Sequence record: OR780565.1
Reading direction: 5' to 3' (one strand)
Length of the DNA: 64,000 nt
From: Escherichia phage DCP2
How positions within the stretch are numbered: the first letter of the stretch is position 1; the number at the start of each line of letters is the position of its first letter. The translations under genes were made by a program, and so were the position numbers. Below, one piece after another: positions 10,434-20,210 of this stretch. The notes under the pieces were generated by a model. It saw nothing but the letters and a program-made list of their open reading frames with translations, searched no databases and was not told the DNA's origin.

Positions 10434-10679
10434 GTGGAAATAACTAAAGACCAGTTTTATCTACTTCAAGATAAAGTGAGCGAAATTTATGAAATAGCTT
10501 ATAGTAAAAATTGTACAAATGTAAAAATTAAATCAGGCAAGTTAATGCTTCAACTAGAAGAAATTGAACGAGATTTGATTGCGTTAGAATTCTTTTGTGG
10601 TGAAGTGAAAACTGTTACAATCAGTGATTACGTTTTAGGTGAAATTAGCCATCTTTATAAGGCGGTTATTAATGATTGA
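10434..10679 (+). CDS. hypothetical protein (probable GTG start; ORF track starts at TTG 10419)
   Basis: SD GAGGAAG at 10421-10427 then GTG 10434; no in-frame ATG near the 5' end. Confidence 0.4.
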   Translation: MEITKDQFYLLQDKVSEIYEIAYSKNCTNVKIKSGKLMLQLEEIERDLIALEFFCGEVKTVTISDYVLGEISHLYKAVIND

Positions 10680-10914
10680 ATTAAGTTTGCATCAGTTTAA
10701 ATCTCTTATGACAAATGTTAAAGCTGTCATTCAAGAAAATTCAGGACCTGATAATGTTACTATTCGCGAAAAAGCTTTAAAGATAGTATACAGTCTTGAA
10801 GAGATACAAAAAGATATTGAATCTATGGCAAAATTTATTGATGAGCCCATTAATAAAGTTTATATCCAAGATTATACTGTAGGTCAAATTCGCGATTTAG
10901 CGAGGAAAATTTAA
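10672..10914 (+). CDS. hypothetical protein (80 aa)
   Basis: ATG 10672 with SD AAGGCGG, overlapping preceding stop. Confidence 0.45.
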   Translation: MIELSLHQFKSLMTNVKAVIQENSGPDNVTIREKALKIVYSLEEIQKDIESMAKFIDEPINKVYIQDYTVGQIRDLARKI

Positions 10915-11597
10915 TGTTTGATTTTATTATAGATTTTGAAACAATGGGAAGCGGTGAAAAAGCAGCTGTTATTGATTTGGCTGTTATTGCCTTTGACCCT
11001 AACCCAGAAGTAGTTGAAACATTTGATGAATTAGTTTCACGCGGCATTAAAATCAAATTTGATTTAAAAAGCCAAAAAGGACAACGTCTTTTTACTAAAA
11101 GCACCATCGAATGGTGGAAAAATCAGTCTCCTGAAGCTCGAAAAAATATTGCACCGTCAGATGAAGATGTAAGCACTATCGATGGTATTGTAAAATTTAA
11201 TGATTATATCAATGCGCATAATATCGATCCTTGGAAATCTCAAGGCTGGTGTCGTGGAATGTCGTTTGATTTTCCAATTTTAGTCGATCTCATTCGCGAT
11301 ATTCAACGTCTTAATGGCGTTTCTGAGAATGAACTTGACACATTTAAGTTAGAACCATGTAAATTCTGGAATCAGCGTGATATTCGTACCAGAATTGAAG
11401 CACTTCTCCTTGTTCGTGATATGACCACGTGTCCTCTTCCAAAGGGAACTTTAGATGGATTCGTTGCACATGATTCTATTCATGACTGTGCGAAAGACAT
11501 CCTGATGATGAAGTATGCTTTGCGCTATGCTATGGGTCTTGAAGATGCTCCATCAGAGGAAGAATGCGATCCTCTGTCTCTTCCAACAAAACGATAA
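10914..11597 (+). CDS. dexA: exonuclease A DexA (227 aa)
   Basis: 227 aa as in T4 DexA; N-terminal DEDD-like FIIDFETMG; synteny next to dda. Confidence 0.85.
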   Translation: MFDFIIDFETMGSGEKAAVIDLAVIAFDPNPEVVETFDELVSRGIKIKFDLKSQKGQRLFTKSTIEWWKNQSPEARKNIAPSDEDVSTIDGIVKFNDYINAHNIDPWKSQGWCRGMSFDFPILVDLIRDIQRLNGVSENELDTFKLEPCKFWNQRDIRTRIEALLLVRDMTTCPLPKGTLDGFVAHDSIHDCAKDILMMKYALRYAMGLEDAPSEEECDPLSLPTKR

Positions 11598-11603
11598 AAA
11601 GTT

Positions 11604-11633
11604 GTTTACTTCCTCAGTTAGTTGTGGTATTAT
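11604..11633 (+). promoter_or_regulatory. T4-type early promoter embedded in an SD-sequestering inverted repeat
   Basis: GTTTAC 11604-11609, TATTAT 11628-11633; TCCTCAGT 11611-11618 pairs with ACTGAGGA 11646-11653. Confidence 0.55.
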
Positions 11634-11660
11634 AACACCATAGCTACTGAGGATAATAAA

Positions 11661-12161
11661 ATGAAAATTTATCGTGTTGAATCATCGTTTAGTATTCTTG
11701 ATTATGAAGATGCTATAACAATACGTCGAAATCTTTGTGTTCAAATAACGCCGTACAGGAGTATAATAGATTCATGGAGCGAAGAGTGGCTATTACACGT
11801 AGGTTATGACAGACCTAATTTTATGCATCATAGCGATAATAATAAAAGAATTCCTTTACCACACGAAGATAAACTATTAGTTAAAAACGCTAATATAGTA
11901 ATTAATACTAAGTTCAAGAAAGATTATGTTGGATTAGAATATCATATTCCAGGATGGTTTATAGCTCTTTATCATTTTGCTTTCGCTAGTGAATATGATA
12001 TGATGAGATGGTTCACACGAGAAGAGCGGGAAGAATTATCTTCTAAAGGATTTTATCTCGCTGTATACGAAGTTCCAGATGATCAAGTTATCATTGGCGG
12101 GCACCAAGTAATGTTCCGCAAATCGCATGCTGAACTCATAGATTTTATTGAAATGAGATAA
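11661..12161 (+). CDS. hypothetical protein (166 aa)
   Basis: ATG 11661 with SD GAGGA at 7 nt. Confidence 0.55.
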   Translation: MKIYRVESSFSILDYEDAITIRRNLCVQITPYRSIIDSWSEEWLLHVGYDRPNFMHHSDNNKRIPLPHEDKLLVKNANIVINTKFKKDYVGLEYHIPGWFIALYHFAFASEYDMMRWFTREEREELSSKGFYLAVYEVPDDQVIIGGHQVMFRKSHAELIDFIEMR

Positions 12162-12163
12162 TT

Positions 12164-12709
12164 ATGAAATTTAATTATAATCCTGAATACACACCAAATC
12201 CGGTAGCTAAACTGATTGATTTTGATGTTGTAAGCACTTATGTATGCCCTGTTAAACCACTGGAAATTAAGGAACCTACTATGACTACCACTATTGAAAT
12301 CGGCAAAACCTACAAACTGGTTGAACCTAAAATTAAAACTAATGCCTTGATTTCTGGTCATAAAACTCTGACTGATGTTTTTGGCGAAGGCGAATTTATT
12401 GTTGAAGAATTTGCCAAAAGTGAGTGGTTTGACAAATCTTACGTCATCCACAGTCGCCGGTTAGATAATAACAAAATAAAGAAAAACCTGGTTTATGAAG
12501 ATGAGTTCATCCTGTTCCAAGAAGTTGAAGAACAAGACCCTACAGACCTGTTGTGTGCTGCTGTGTCTATCCGTCGTCCTTTTGATAATCCTATCTGTGG
12601 TTGGGTAACAGACCAGTGGGTTGAAGACGGTGTTGAGCTTCTGAACGTTGTCCATGCAGGAGATTTTAGTGTAGTACCTCGTAGTGCGGTGGTAGCTATT
12701 TTAAATTAA
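12164..12709 (+). CDS. hypothetical protein (181 aa), paralog of the next ORF
   Basis: Shares C-terminal motif TDQWVEDGV-L-NVV...VP-S with ORF 12786-13274. Confidence 0.55.
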   Translation: MKFNYNPEYTPNPVAKLIDFDVVSTYVCPVKPLEIKEPTMTTTIEIGKTYKLVEPKIKTNALISGHKTLTDVFGEGEFIVEEFAKSEWFDKSYVIHSRRLDNNKIKKNLVYEDEFILFQEVEEQDPTDLLCAAVSIRRPFDNPICGWVTDQWVEDGVELLNVVHAGDFSVVPRSAVVAILN

Positions 12710-12785
12710 TAGTTTACAAACTCTTGGGACCAGAGTATAATGGTCCTGTGGAGTATAAAATCTTTTTAACAAGTGAGAGATAACT

Positions 12786-13274
12786 ATGATTATTAATATT
12801 GGTGAAATTGCTCGTGTATCTGATAAATCCCGTTCTAAAGCAGCAGGAAAATTGGTCGAAATTGCAAGCATTCAGCTTAAACATGGCGTTAAAGATGAAG
12901 ATTCTGAAGTAAAAGTGCGTATCATTCCTAAAGATGGAAAGTCTAAACCTCAGTTTGGCTATGTTCGTGCGAAATTTCTTGAATCTGCGTTTTTGAAAGC
13001 TGTTCCTGCTAAAGGAATTGAAACGATTGATACTTCACATGTAGGTGTAGACTTTAAGTGGAAACTCGGTCAGGCTATTAAGTTCATTGCTCCTCATGAA
13101 TTTAAATTTATCAAAGATGGTGGTGCGGCTGTTTATACTCGTGCTATGTGCGCATACATTACTGATCAGTGGGTAGAAGATGGTGTTAAGCTGTACAACG
13201 TGGTATTTTTAGGAACATACAAAGTCATTCCTGAAAGCTGGATTAAACACTATAGCAAAGCTCTCTATGCATAA
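12786..13274 (+). CDS. motB: hypothetical protein (162 aa; size and position of T4 MotB)
   Basis: 162 aa at the T4 motB position; symbol positional only. Confidence 0.45.
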   Translation: MIINIGEIARVSDKSRSKAAGKLVEIASIQLKHGVKDEDSEVKVRIIPKDGKSKPQFGYVRAKFLESAFLKAVPAKGIETIDTSHVGVDFKWKLGQAIKFIAPHEFKFIKDGGAAVYTRAMCAYITDQWVEDGVKLYNVVFLGTYKVIPESWIKHYSKALYA

Positions 13275-13304
13275 AGTTTAAAATTTTTTCATAAAACTAT
13301 ATAC

Positions 13305-13347
13305 ATCAGTAGTTGATTATGGTACTATATCAATATCAACTACTGAT
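13305..13347. repeat. 13-bp perfect inverted repeat ATCAGTAGTTGAT / ATCAACTACTGAT with 17-nt loop
   Basis: Arms at 13305-13317 and 13335-13347; loop holds a TGGTACTAT -10-like element. Confidence 0.85.
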
Positions 13348-13446
13348 ACAGAAAACAACTTAGAGAATAAAATGGAAAATTTGCCAAAGGTGCTGCTACT
13401 CTTCTGAAACGCATCACTCCAATGTTCAATTAATGAGGAAATTGTA

Positions 13447-13662
13447 ATGAAACGTAAAATTGTTCAGAACTGCACTAATGACGAATTTGAAGATGTATTA
13501 TTTGATCCAGATTTGGTAGTGGTTCAAAAAGAACATACCGTTAAGTTTACTCACTTGACTTCGGTTTATGTGTATGAAAAGGTTGGTGATAAACAACCAA
13601 TTTATGGCGTATTTCGTGAAATTACTGAAGATGGCACAACTTACTGGAAGGAAATTTATTAA
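13447..13662 (+). CDS. hypothetical protein (71 aa; size and position of T4 Cef)
   Basis: ORF track; ATG with SD GAGGAAA. Confidence 0.5.
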   Translation: MKRKIVQNCTNDEFEDVLFDPDLVVVQKEHTVKFTHLTSVYVYEKVGDKQPIYGVFREITEDGTTYWKEIY

Positions 13663-14081
13663 TGGCTATTAGATTTGAAGTTAATAAATGGTATCAATTT
13701 AAAAATAAACAAGCTCAAGAAAATTTTATTAAAGACCATACTGATAACAGAATCTATGCACGACGTTTAGGTATGGAACCTTTTAAAATTTTAGATGTTG
13801 ACTATTACGGGCGTCCTACTAAAATTGTGACATCTACTGGCATAATTGGATATTCAACATATGGTACAGTCATTGACGAAAACTTTATCTGGCTCTCTAC
13901 TAACGAAGCTGGGTTCTTTGATGAAGTGGAAAATCCATATCAGGTTGCTGAAGAACAAGAGCAGGAAGAGCAAGAACAAATAGAAGATTTCACAGAATTC
14001 CCGGTAATGAAAGTTACTATTGAAAATAATGAACAGGCATGGTCCTTGTATCAGATGTTGAAAGCACACTTTAAGGAATAA
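13662..14081 (+). CDS. hypothetical protein with acidic [10 protein letters not shown] stretch (139 aa; T4 goF position)
   Basis: ORF track; ATGA-type coupling to the preceding ORF. Confidence 0.5.
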   Translation: MAIRFEVNKWYQFKNKQAQENFIKDHTDNRIYARRLGMEPFKILDVDYYGRPTKIVTSTGIIGYSTYGTVIDENFIWLSTNEAGFFDEVENPYQVAEEQEQEEQEQIEDFTEFPVMKVTIENNEQAWSLYQMLKAHFKE

Positions 14082-14083
14082 TT

Positions 14084-14260
14084 ATGCCAATGTATGATTA
14101 TAAATGCCAATCCGAAGATTGTGGGCATGAATATGAAAAAATTAAAAAGATTTCTGAACGAGAAAATGATGTTTGCCCTAAATGTCATCGTTTGTCTACT
14201 CGTCGGCCTTCTGCTCCTAAGCATGTGAATGGTGGATTTTACGACTTACTTAAAGGGTAA
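14084..14260 (+). CDS. FmdB-like zinc-ribbon protein (58 aa)
   Basis: MPMYDYKCQSEDCGHEYE...CPKCH: two CxxC pairs with the MPxYxYxC N-terminus typical of FmdB-family zinc ribbons; SD AAGGAA. Confidence 0.55.
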   Translation: MPMYDYKCQSEDCGHEYEKIKKISERENDVCPKCHRLSTRRPSAPKHVNGGFYDLLKG

Positions 14261-14262
14261 TT

Positions 14263-14634
14263 ATGTTTAAAATTGGTAAGAAATATCGTGTTCGCGAAGG
14301 TGAAGAAAAGAAATATCTACTTTCTTCTATTTATAGGAATGGTTCTATTAATGCCGTAATATCTACAAGCGAATTTATCGTTGAAGATATGAAAGGCCAT
14401 AATGTTACAATGATTAGTACAGCATCTGGAAATGATGGAAAAATTCTTCACAGTTTTCAGAGTAATGTTCTAATTTATGATGAAGAATTTGACTTCTTCG
14501 AAGAAGTTCCTGAAGATTTTGATTTTGAATGCACTATCACTATGAAATCTGGTGACCCTCTTTCTTTTACAGTTAAAGATGAAAGAAGTCGCTTGAGAAT
14601 TATTAGTCTCCTTCAAGCCATTAAATTTGAGTGA
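14263..14634 (+). CDS. hypothetical protein (123 aa)
   Basis: ORF track, ATG start. Confidence 0.5.
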   Translation: MFKIGKKYRVREGEEKKYLLSSIYRNGSINAVISTSEFIVEDMKGHNVTMISTASGNDGKILHSFQSNVLIYDEEFDFFEEVPEDFDFECTITMKSGDPLSFTVKDERSRLRIISLLQAIKFE

Positions 14635-14899
14635 AATTATGAAATATGTTAATCGTTCTATCGCGGCATTAGTATTAGCAGTATCTTTAGTAGGATGTAC
14701 TGATGCTGATAATGCAACCAAAGTTTTGTCTTCAAGCGGTTTTACTAATATTGAAATCACTGGATATAATTGGTTCGGTTGCTCTGAAAATGATTTCCAA
14801 CATACTGGATTTCGTGCTATTGGACCTACCGGGCAGAAAGTAGAAGGAACAGTATGTTCTGGTCTATTCTTCAAGGATTCGACTATCCGTTTTAAATAA
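14627..14899 (+). CDS. putative lipoprotein (90 aa, lipobox LVGC)
   Basis: Signal peptide IAALVLAVSLVGCTDA. Confidence 0.5.
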   Translation: MSEIMKYVNRSIAALVLAVSLVGCTDADNATKVLSSSGFTNIEITGYNWFGCSENDFQHTGFRAIGPTGQKVEGTVCSGLFFKDSTIRFK

Positions 14900-14916
14900 A
14901 AGGCCTTCGGGCCTTT
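14899..14916 (+). terminator. terminator-like hairpin AAAGGCC-TTCG-GGCCTTT
   Basis: GC stem with TTCG loop after ORF stop; T-run interrupted. Confidence 0.4.
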
Positions 14917-14965
14917 AGCTTTATGATTACTGGAGTATAATATTCCCGAAACCAAACGAGGATAA

Positions 14966-16786
14966 GTGATGATTAAGAATGAAATTAAAATTCTGAGCGA
15001 TATTGAACATATCAAAAAGCGTAGCGGCATGTACATTGGTTCTTCTGCTAATGAAATGCATGAGCGCTTTCTGTTTGGTAAATGGGAAAGTGTTCAGTAT
15101 GTACCTGGTCTTGTTAAGCTTATTGATGAAATTATCGATAACTCAGTAGATGAAGGTATTCGTACTAAGTTTAAATTCGCAAATAAAATTAATGTTACCA
15201 TTAAAAATAATCAGGTAACAGTTGAAGATAACGGTCGTGGTATTCCACAGGCGATGGTTAAAACACCTACCGGTGAAGAAATTCCTGGTCCTGTTGCTGC
15301 CTGGACTATTCCAAAAGCAGGTGGTAACTTTGGTGATGATAAAGAACGCGTCACCGGCGGTATGAACGGTGTTGGTTCTAGTTTAACTAACATTTTTTCT
15401 GTGATGTTTGTCGGTGAAACTGGCGACGGTCAAAATAATATTGTGGTTCGCTGCTCGAATGGCATGGAAAATAAATCATGGGAAGATATTCCTGGAAAAT
15501 GGAAAGGAACTCGCGTTACTTTCATTCCTGATTTTATGTCATTTGAAACTAATGAGCTATCTCAAGTTTATCTTGACATTACACTAGATCGTCTCCAGAC
15601 ACTTGCGGTAGTTTATCCTGATATTCAATTTACCTTTAATGGTAAAAAGGTTCAGGGTAATTTTAAGAAATATGCACGCCAATATGATGAACATGCTATT
15701 GTTCAAGAACAAGAAAATTGTTCTATTGCGGTTGGTCGTTCACCGGATGGTTTTCGTCAATTAACATACGTCAATAACATTCATACTAAGAATGGTGGCC
15801 ATCACATTGACTGTGTTATGGATGATATTTGTGAAGACCTTATTCCACAAATCAAACGTAAATTCAAAATTGATGTAACTAAAGCACGTGTTAAAGAATG
15901 TTTGACTATCGTTATGTTTGTCCGTGATATGAAAAACATGCGATTTGATTCTCAAACTAAAGAGCGTTTGACTTCTCCATTTGGTGAAATTCGTAGTCAT
16001 ATTCAGCTTGATGCTAAAAAGATTTCACGTGCTATTTTGAATAATGAAGCAATTTTAATGCCAATCATTGAAGCTGCTTTGGCTCGTAAATTGGCGGCAG
16101 AAAAAGCAGCAGAAACTAAAGCAGCTAAAAAGGCTTCTAAAGCTAAGGTTCATAAACATATTAAAGCGAATCTTTGTGGTAAAGATGCTGACACTACTCT
16201 TTTCTTGACTGAGGGTGATTCTGCTATTGGATATCTTATTGATGTTCGTGATAAAGAACTTCATGGTGGTTATCCATTGCGTGGTAAAGTTCTTAACAGT
16301 TGGGGTATGTCATATGCTGATATGCTTAAAAACAAAGAACTATTTGATATTTGCGCAATCACTGGATTAGTTCTTGGTGAAAAAGCTGAAAACTTGAATT
16401 ATCATAATATTGCAATTATGACCGATGCTGACCATGATGGTCTAGGAAGCATTTATCCTTCTCTGCTCGGATTTTTTAGTAATTGGCCAGAATTGTTTGA
16501 ACAAGGAAGAATTCGCTTTGTCAAAACTCCTGTAATCATCGCTCAGGTAGGTAAAAAACAAGAATGGTTTTATACAGTCGCTGAATATGAGAGTGCTAAA
16601 GATGCTCTACCTAAACATAGCATCCGTTATATTAAGGGACTTGGCTCTTTGGAAAAATCTGAATATCGCGAGATGATTCAAAACCCAGTATATGATGTTG
16701 TTAAACTTCCTGAGAACTGGAAAGAGCTTTTTGAAATGCTCATGGGAGATAATGCTGACCTTCGTAAAGAATGGATGAGCCAGTAG
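14966..16786 (+). CDS. 39: DNA topoisomerase II large subunit gp39, contiguous (606 aa)
   Basis: GyrB-like ATPase N-terminus (MIKNEIKILSDIEHIKKRSGMYIGS), TOPRIM C-terminal part; single ORF, no gene 60 split. Confidence 0.93.
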   Translation: MMIKNEIKILSDIEHIKKRSGMYIGSSANEMHERFLFGKWESVQYVPGLVKLIDEIIDNSVDEGIRTKFKFANKINVTIKNNQVTVEDNGRGIPQAMVKTPTGEEIPGPVAAWTIPKAGGNFGDDKERVTGGMNGVGSSLTNIFSVMFVGETGDGQNNIVVRCSNGMENKSWEDIPGKWKGTRVTFIPDFMSFETNELSQVYLDITLDRLQTLAVVYPDIQFTFNGKKVQGNFKKYARQYDEHAIVQEQENCSIAVGRSPDGFRQLTYVNNIHTKNGGHHIDCVMDDICEDLIPQIKRKFKIDVTKARVKECLTIVMFVRDMKNMRFDSQTKERLTSPFGEIRSHIQLDAKKISRAILNNEAILMPIIEAALARKLAAEKAAETKAAKKASKAKVHKHIKANLCGKDADTTLFLTEGDSAIGYLIDVRDKELHGGYPLRGKVLNSWGMSYADMLKNKELFDICAITGLVLGEKAENLNYHNIAIMTDADHDGLGSIYPSLLGFFSNWPELFEQGRIRFVKTPVIIAQVGKKQEWFYTVAEYESAKDALPKHSIRYIKGLGSLEKSEYREMIQNPVYDVVKLPENWKELFEMLMGDNADLRKEWMSQ

Positions 16787-16815
16787 TTTACTTTACCACA
16801 AGGATGTGGTATAAT
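16786..16815 (+). promoter_or_regulatory. T4-type early promoter
   Basis: GTTTAC 16786-16791 overlapping gene 39 stop, TATAAT 16810-16815. Confidence 0.45.
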
Positions 16816-16840
16816 TAATTGGGCAAATGAGGATATTGAA

Positions 16841-17044
16841 ATGAAATCATATAAAGTAAATTTAGAACTTTTTGATAAAGCAGTTCACCGAGAATATAGA
16901 ATCATTCAACGCTTTTTCGATATGGGAGAAGCCGAAGAGTTTAAAAACCGCTTTAAGGATATTAGAGATAAAATTCAATCCGACACCGCAACCAAAGATG
17001 AATTACTAGAAGTTGCTGAAGTTATTAAACGCAATATGAATTAA
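16841..17044 (+). CDS. hypothetical protein (67 aa, rIIA.1 position)
   Basis: ORF track, ATG with SD GAGGA. Confidence 0.5.
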   Translation: MKSYKVNLELFDKAVHREYRIIQRFFDMGEAEEFKNRFKDIRDKIQSDTATKDELLEVAEVIKRNMN

Positions 17045-17054
17045 TGAGGAAATT

Positions 17055-19232
17055 ATGATTATCACCACTGAAAAAGAAACAATTCTTGGTAATGGTTCTA
17101 AATCAAAAGCATTTAGCATCACAGCATCTCCTAAAGTATTTAAAATTCTATCATCTGATTTGTATACAAACAAGATTCGCGCAGTAGTTCGTGAATTGAT
17201 TACCAACATGATTGATGCCCATGCTCTCAATGGAAATCCTGAAAAATTTATCATTCAAGTTCCAGGACGATTAGATCCGCGATTTGTTTGCCGAGATTTT
17301 GGTCCGGGTATGAGCGATTTTGATATTCAGGGTGATGATAATTCTCCTGGGTTGTATAATTCATACTTCAGTTCATCTAAGGCTGAATCTAACGATTTCA
17401 TTGGTGGATTTGGTTTAGGTTCTAAATCTCCGTTTAGTTATACTGATACGTTTAGTATTACTTCGTACCATAAAGGTGAAATTCGCGGTTATGTAGCTTA
17501 TATGGATGGTGACGGTCCGCAGATTAAACCTACATTCGTAAAAGAAATGGGTCCAGACGATAAAACTGGTATTGAAATCGTAGTTCCAGTTGAAGAAAAA
17601 GACTTTAGAAACTTTGCTTATGAAGTTTCTTATATCATGCGACCATTCAAAGATTTGGCTATCATTAATGGTCTTGACCGTGAAATTGATTATTTTCCGG
17701 ATTTTGATGACTATTACGGCGTAAATCCAGAAAGATACTGGCCAGATCGTGGTGGATTGTATGCTATCTATGGTGGTATTGTTTATCCTATTGATGGTGT
17801 TATTAGAGACCGTAACTGGTTAAGCATTCGCAATGAAGTGAATTATATTAAGTTTCCAATGGGTTCACTTGATATTGCTCCATCACGTGAGGCTCTTTCA
17901 CTAGATGATCGTACTCGTAAAAATATTATTGAGCGTGTTAAAGAGCTCAGTGAGAAGGCATTTAATGAAGATGTAAAACGATTTAAAGAATCTACATCTC
18001 CTCGTCATACATACCGTGAATTGATGAAGATGGGGTATTCTGCTCGAGATTATATGATTAGTAATTCGGTCAAATTCACGACTAAAAATCTGTCATATAA
18101 AAAGATGCAGAGCATGTTTGAACCTGACAGTAAGTTATGCAATGCAGGGGTTGTGTATGAAGTAAATCTTGACCCTCGACTGAAACGCATTAAGCAAAGT
18201 CATGAAACTTCAGCCGTTGCATCAAGTTATCGTCTGTTTGGTATTAACACAACAAAAATTAATATCGTTATTGATAATATTAAAAATCGTGTTAATATTG
18301 TCCGTGGATTAGCACGTGCGTTAGATGATAATGAATTTAATAACACCTTAAATATTCATCACAATGAACGCCTTTTGTTTATTAATCCGGAAGTAGAATC
18401 ACAGATTGATTTGCTTCCTGATATTATGGCAATGTTTGAAAGTGATGAAGTTAACATTCATTATTTGTCAGAAATTGAAGCTTTAGTTAAAAGTTATATT
18501 CCAAAGGCAGTAAAAAGTACAGCTCCTCGTCCTAAAGCTGCCACTGCATTTAAGTTTGAAATTAAAGACGGGCGCTGGGAAAAAGAGGAGTTGTTTACAC
18601 TTACGTCAGAAGCAGATGAAATTACTGGTTATGTAGCATACATGCATCGTTCTGATATTTTCTCTATGGATGGTACTACATCGCTTTGTCATCCATCTAC
18701 GAATATTTTGATTCGTATGGCTAATCTTATTGGCATTAATGAATTTTATGTTATTCGTCCGCTTTTGCAGAAAAAGGTAAAAGAACTTGGTCAGTGCCAA
18801 TGTATTTTTGAAACTTTGCGTGATTTATATGTAGATGCTTTTGATGATGTAGATTATGATAAGTATGTAGGTTATTCAAGTTCAGCTAAACGATATATTG
18901 ATAAAATTATCAAGTATCCTGAGTTAGATTTTATGATGAAGTACTTCAGTGTAGATGAAGTTTCCGAAGAATATACACGACTCGCTAATATGGTTAGTTC
19001 ATTACAGGGTGTATATTTTAATGGTGGAAAAGATACCATCGGTCATGACATCTGGACGGTAACTAATCTTTTTGATGTATTATCAAATAATGCTTCAAAA
19101 AACAGTGATAAAATGGTTGCTGAGTTTACCAAGAAATTCCGTATTGTTTCCGACTTCATCGGTTATCGCAACTCTTTAAGTGATGATGAAGTTTCCCAAA
19201 TCGCTAAAACTATGAAGGCCCTTGCGGCCTAA
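17055..19232 (+). CDS. rIIA: rIIA protein (725 aa)
   Basis: 725 aa as in T4 rIIA; N-terminus [20 protein letters not shown]; synteny with rIIB. Confidence 0.95.
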   Translation: MIITTEKETILGNGSKSKAFSITASPKVFKILSSDLYTNKIRAVVRELITNMIDAHALNGNPEKFIIQVPGRLDPRFVCRDFGPGMSDFDIQGDDNSPGLYNSYFSSSKAESNDFIGGFGLGSKSPFSYTDTFSITSYHKGEIRGYVAYMDGDGPQIKPTFVKEMGPDDKTGIEIVVPVEEKDFRNFAYEVSYIMRPFKDLAIINGLDREIDYFPDFDDYYGVNPERYWPDRGGLYAIYGGIVYPIDGVIRDRNWLSIRNEVNYIKFPMGSLDIAPSREALSLDDRTRKNIIERVKELSEKAFNEDVKRFKESTSPRHTYRELMKMGYSARDYMISNSVKFTTKNLSYKKMQSMFEPDSKLCNAGVVYEVNLDPRLKRIKQSHETSAVASSYRLFGINTTKINIVIDNIKNRVNIVRGLARALDDNEFNNTLNIHHNERLLFINPEVESQIDLLPDIMAMFESDEVNIHYLSEIEALVKSYIPKAVKSTAPRPKAATAFKFEIKDGRWEKEELFTLTSEADEITGYVAYMHRSDIFSMDGTTSLCHPSTNILIRMANLIGINEFYVIRPLLQKKVKELGQCQCIFETLRDLYVDAFDDVDYDKYVGYSSSAKRYIDKIIKYPELDFMMKYFSVDEVSEEYTRLANMVSSLQGVYFNGGKDTIGHDIWTVTNLFDVLSNNASKNSDKMVAEFTKKFRIVSDFIGYRNSLSDDEVSQIAKTMKALAA

Positions 19233-19243
19233 TAAGGAAAATT

Positions 19244-20182
19244 ATGTACAATATTAAATGCCTGACCAAAAACGAACAAGCTGAAATTGTCAAACTGTAT
19301 TCAAGCGGTAATTATACCCAACAGGAATTGGCTGATTGGCAAGGTGTATCGGTTGACACAATCCGTCGTGTTTTGAAAAATGCTGAAGAAGCTGAGCGTT
19401 CCAAAGTTACCATTAGCGGTGACATTACAGTTGAAGTTAAGAGTGATGTAGCTATTGCTCCAGTTGCTAAATCTGACATTATTTGGAATGCATCTAAAAA
19501 ATTCATTTCAATTACTGTTGATGGCGTAACTTATAACGCAACTCCTAATACTCATTCAAACTTTCAGGAAATTCTTAACCTGCTTGTTGCAGATAAATTG
19601 GAAGAAGCGGCACAAAAAATTAATGTTCGTCGCGCCGTTGAAAAATATATTTCCGGTGATGTTCGAATTGAAGGTGGAAGCCTGTTCTATCAAAATATTG
19701 AATTGCGGTCTGGTTTAGTTGATCGTATTCTCGATTCGATGGAAAAAGGTGAAAACTTTGAATTTTATTTTCCGTTCTTGGAAAATCTGCTGGAAAACCC
19801 AAGCCAAAAAGCAGTATCTCGACTCTTTGATTTCTTGGTAGCAAACGATATTGAAATTACAGAAGACGGTTACTTCTATGCTTGGAAAGTAGTTCGCAGC
19901 AATTACTTTGACTGTCATTCAAATACTTTTGATAACAGCCCTGGTAAAGTAGTTAAAATGCCACGTACTCGTGTGAATGACGATGATACACAAACTTGTT
20001 CTCGCGGTCTGCATGTGTGTTCTAAATCTTATATTCGTCACTTTGGCAGTTCAACCAGCCGAGTTGTAAAAGTTAAAGTACATCCTCGCGATGTAGTATC
20101 AATTCCGATTGATTACAACGATGCTAAAATGCGTACCTGCCAATACGAAGTAATTGAAGACGTTACTGAACAATTTAAATAA
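19244..20182 (+). CDS. rIIB: rIIB protein (312 aa)
   Basis: 312 aa as in T4 rIIB; N-terminus MYNIKCLTKNEQAEIVKLY. Confidence 0.95.
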   Translation: MYNIKCLTKNEQAEIVKLYSSGNYTQQELADWQGVSVDTIRRVLKNAEEAERSKVTISGDITVEVKSDVAIAPVAKSDIIWNASKKFISITVDGVTYNATPNTHSNFQEILNLLVADKLEEAAQKINVRRAVEKYISGDVRIEGGSLFYQNIELRSGLVDRILDSMEKGENFEFYFPFLENLLENPSQKAVSRLFDFLVANDIEITEDGYFYAWKVVRSNYFDCHSNTFDNSPGKVVKMPRTRVNDDDTQTCSRGLHVCSKSYIRHFGSSTSRVVKVKVHPRDVVSIPIDYNDAKMRTCQYEVIEDVTEQFK

Positions 20183-20196
20183 GGGCTTCGGCCCTT
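20181..20196 (+). other. hairpin AAGGGC-TTCG-GCCCTT without T-run
   Basis: Overlaps rIIB stop; possible weak terminator or processing site. Confidence 0.4.
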
Positions 20197-20210
20197 AACT
20201 GAGGAAAATT

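Noticed and set aside
14966-16786. Looked for the gene 60 translational bypass (50-nt hop) and a mobA remnant
   Set aside because: Gene 39 is contiguous through the region where T4 is split; no in-frame stop followed by a resumed frame.
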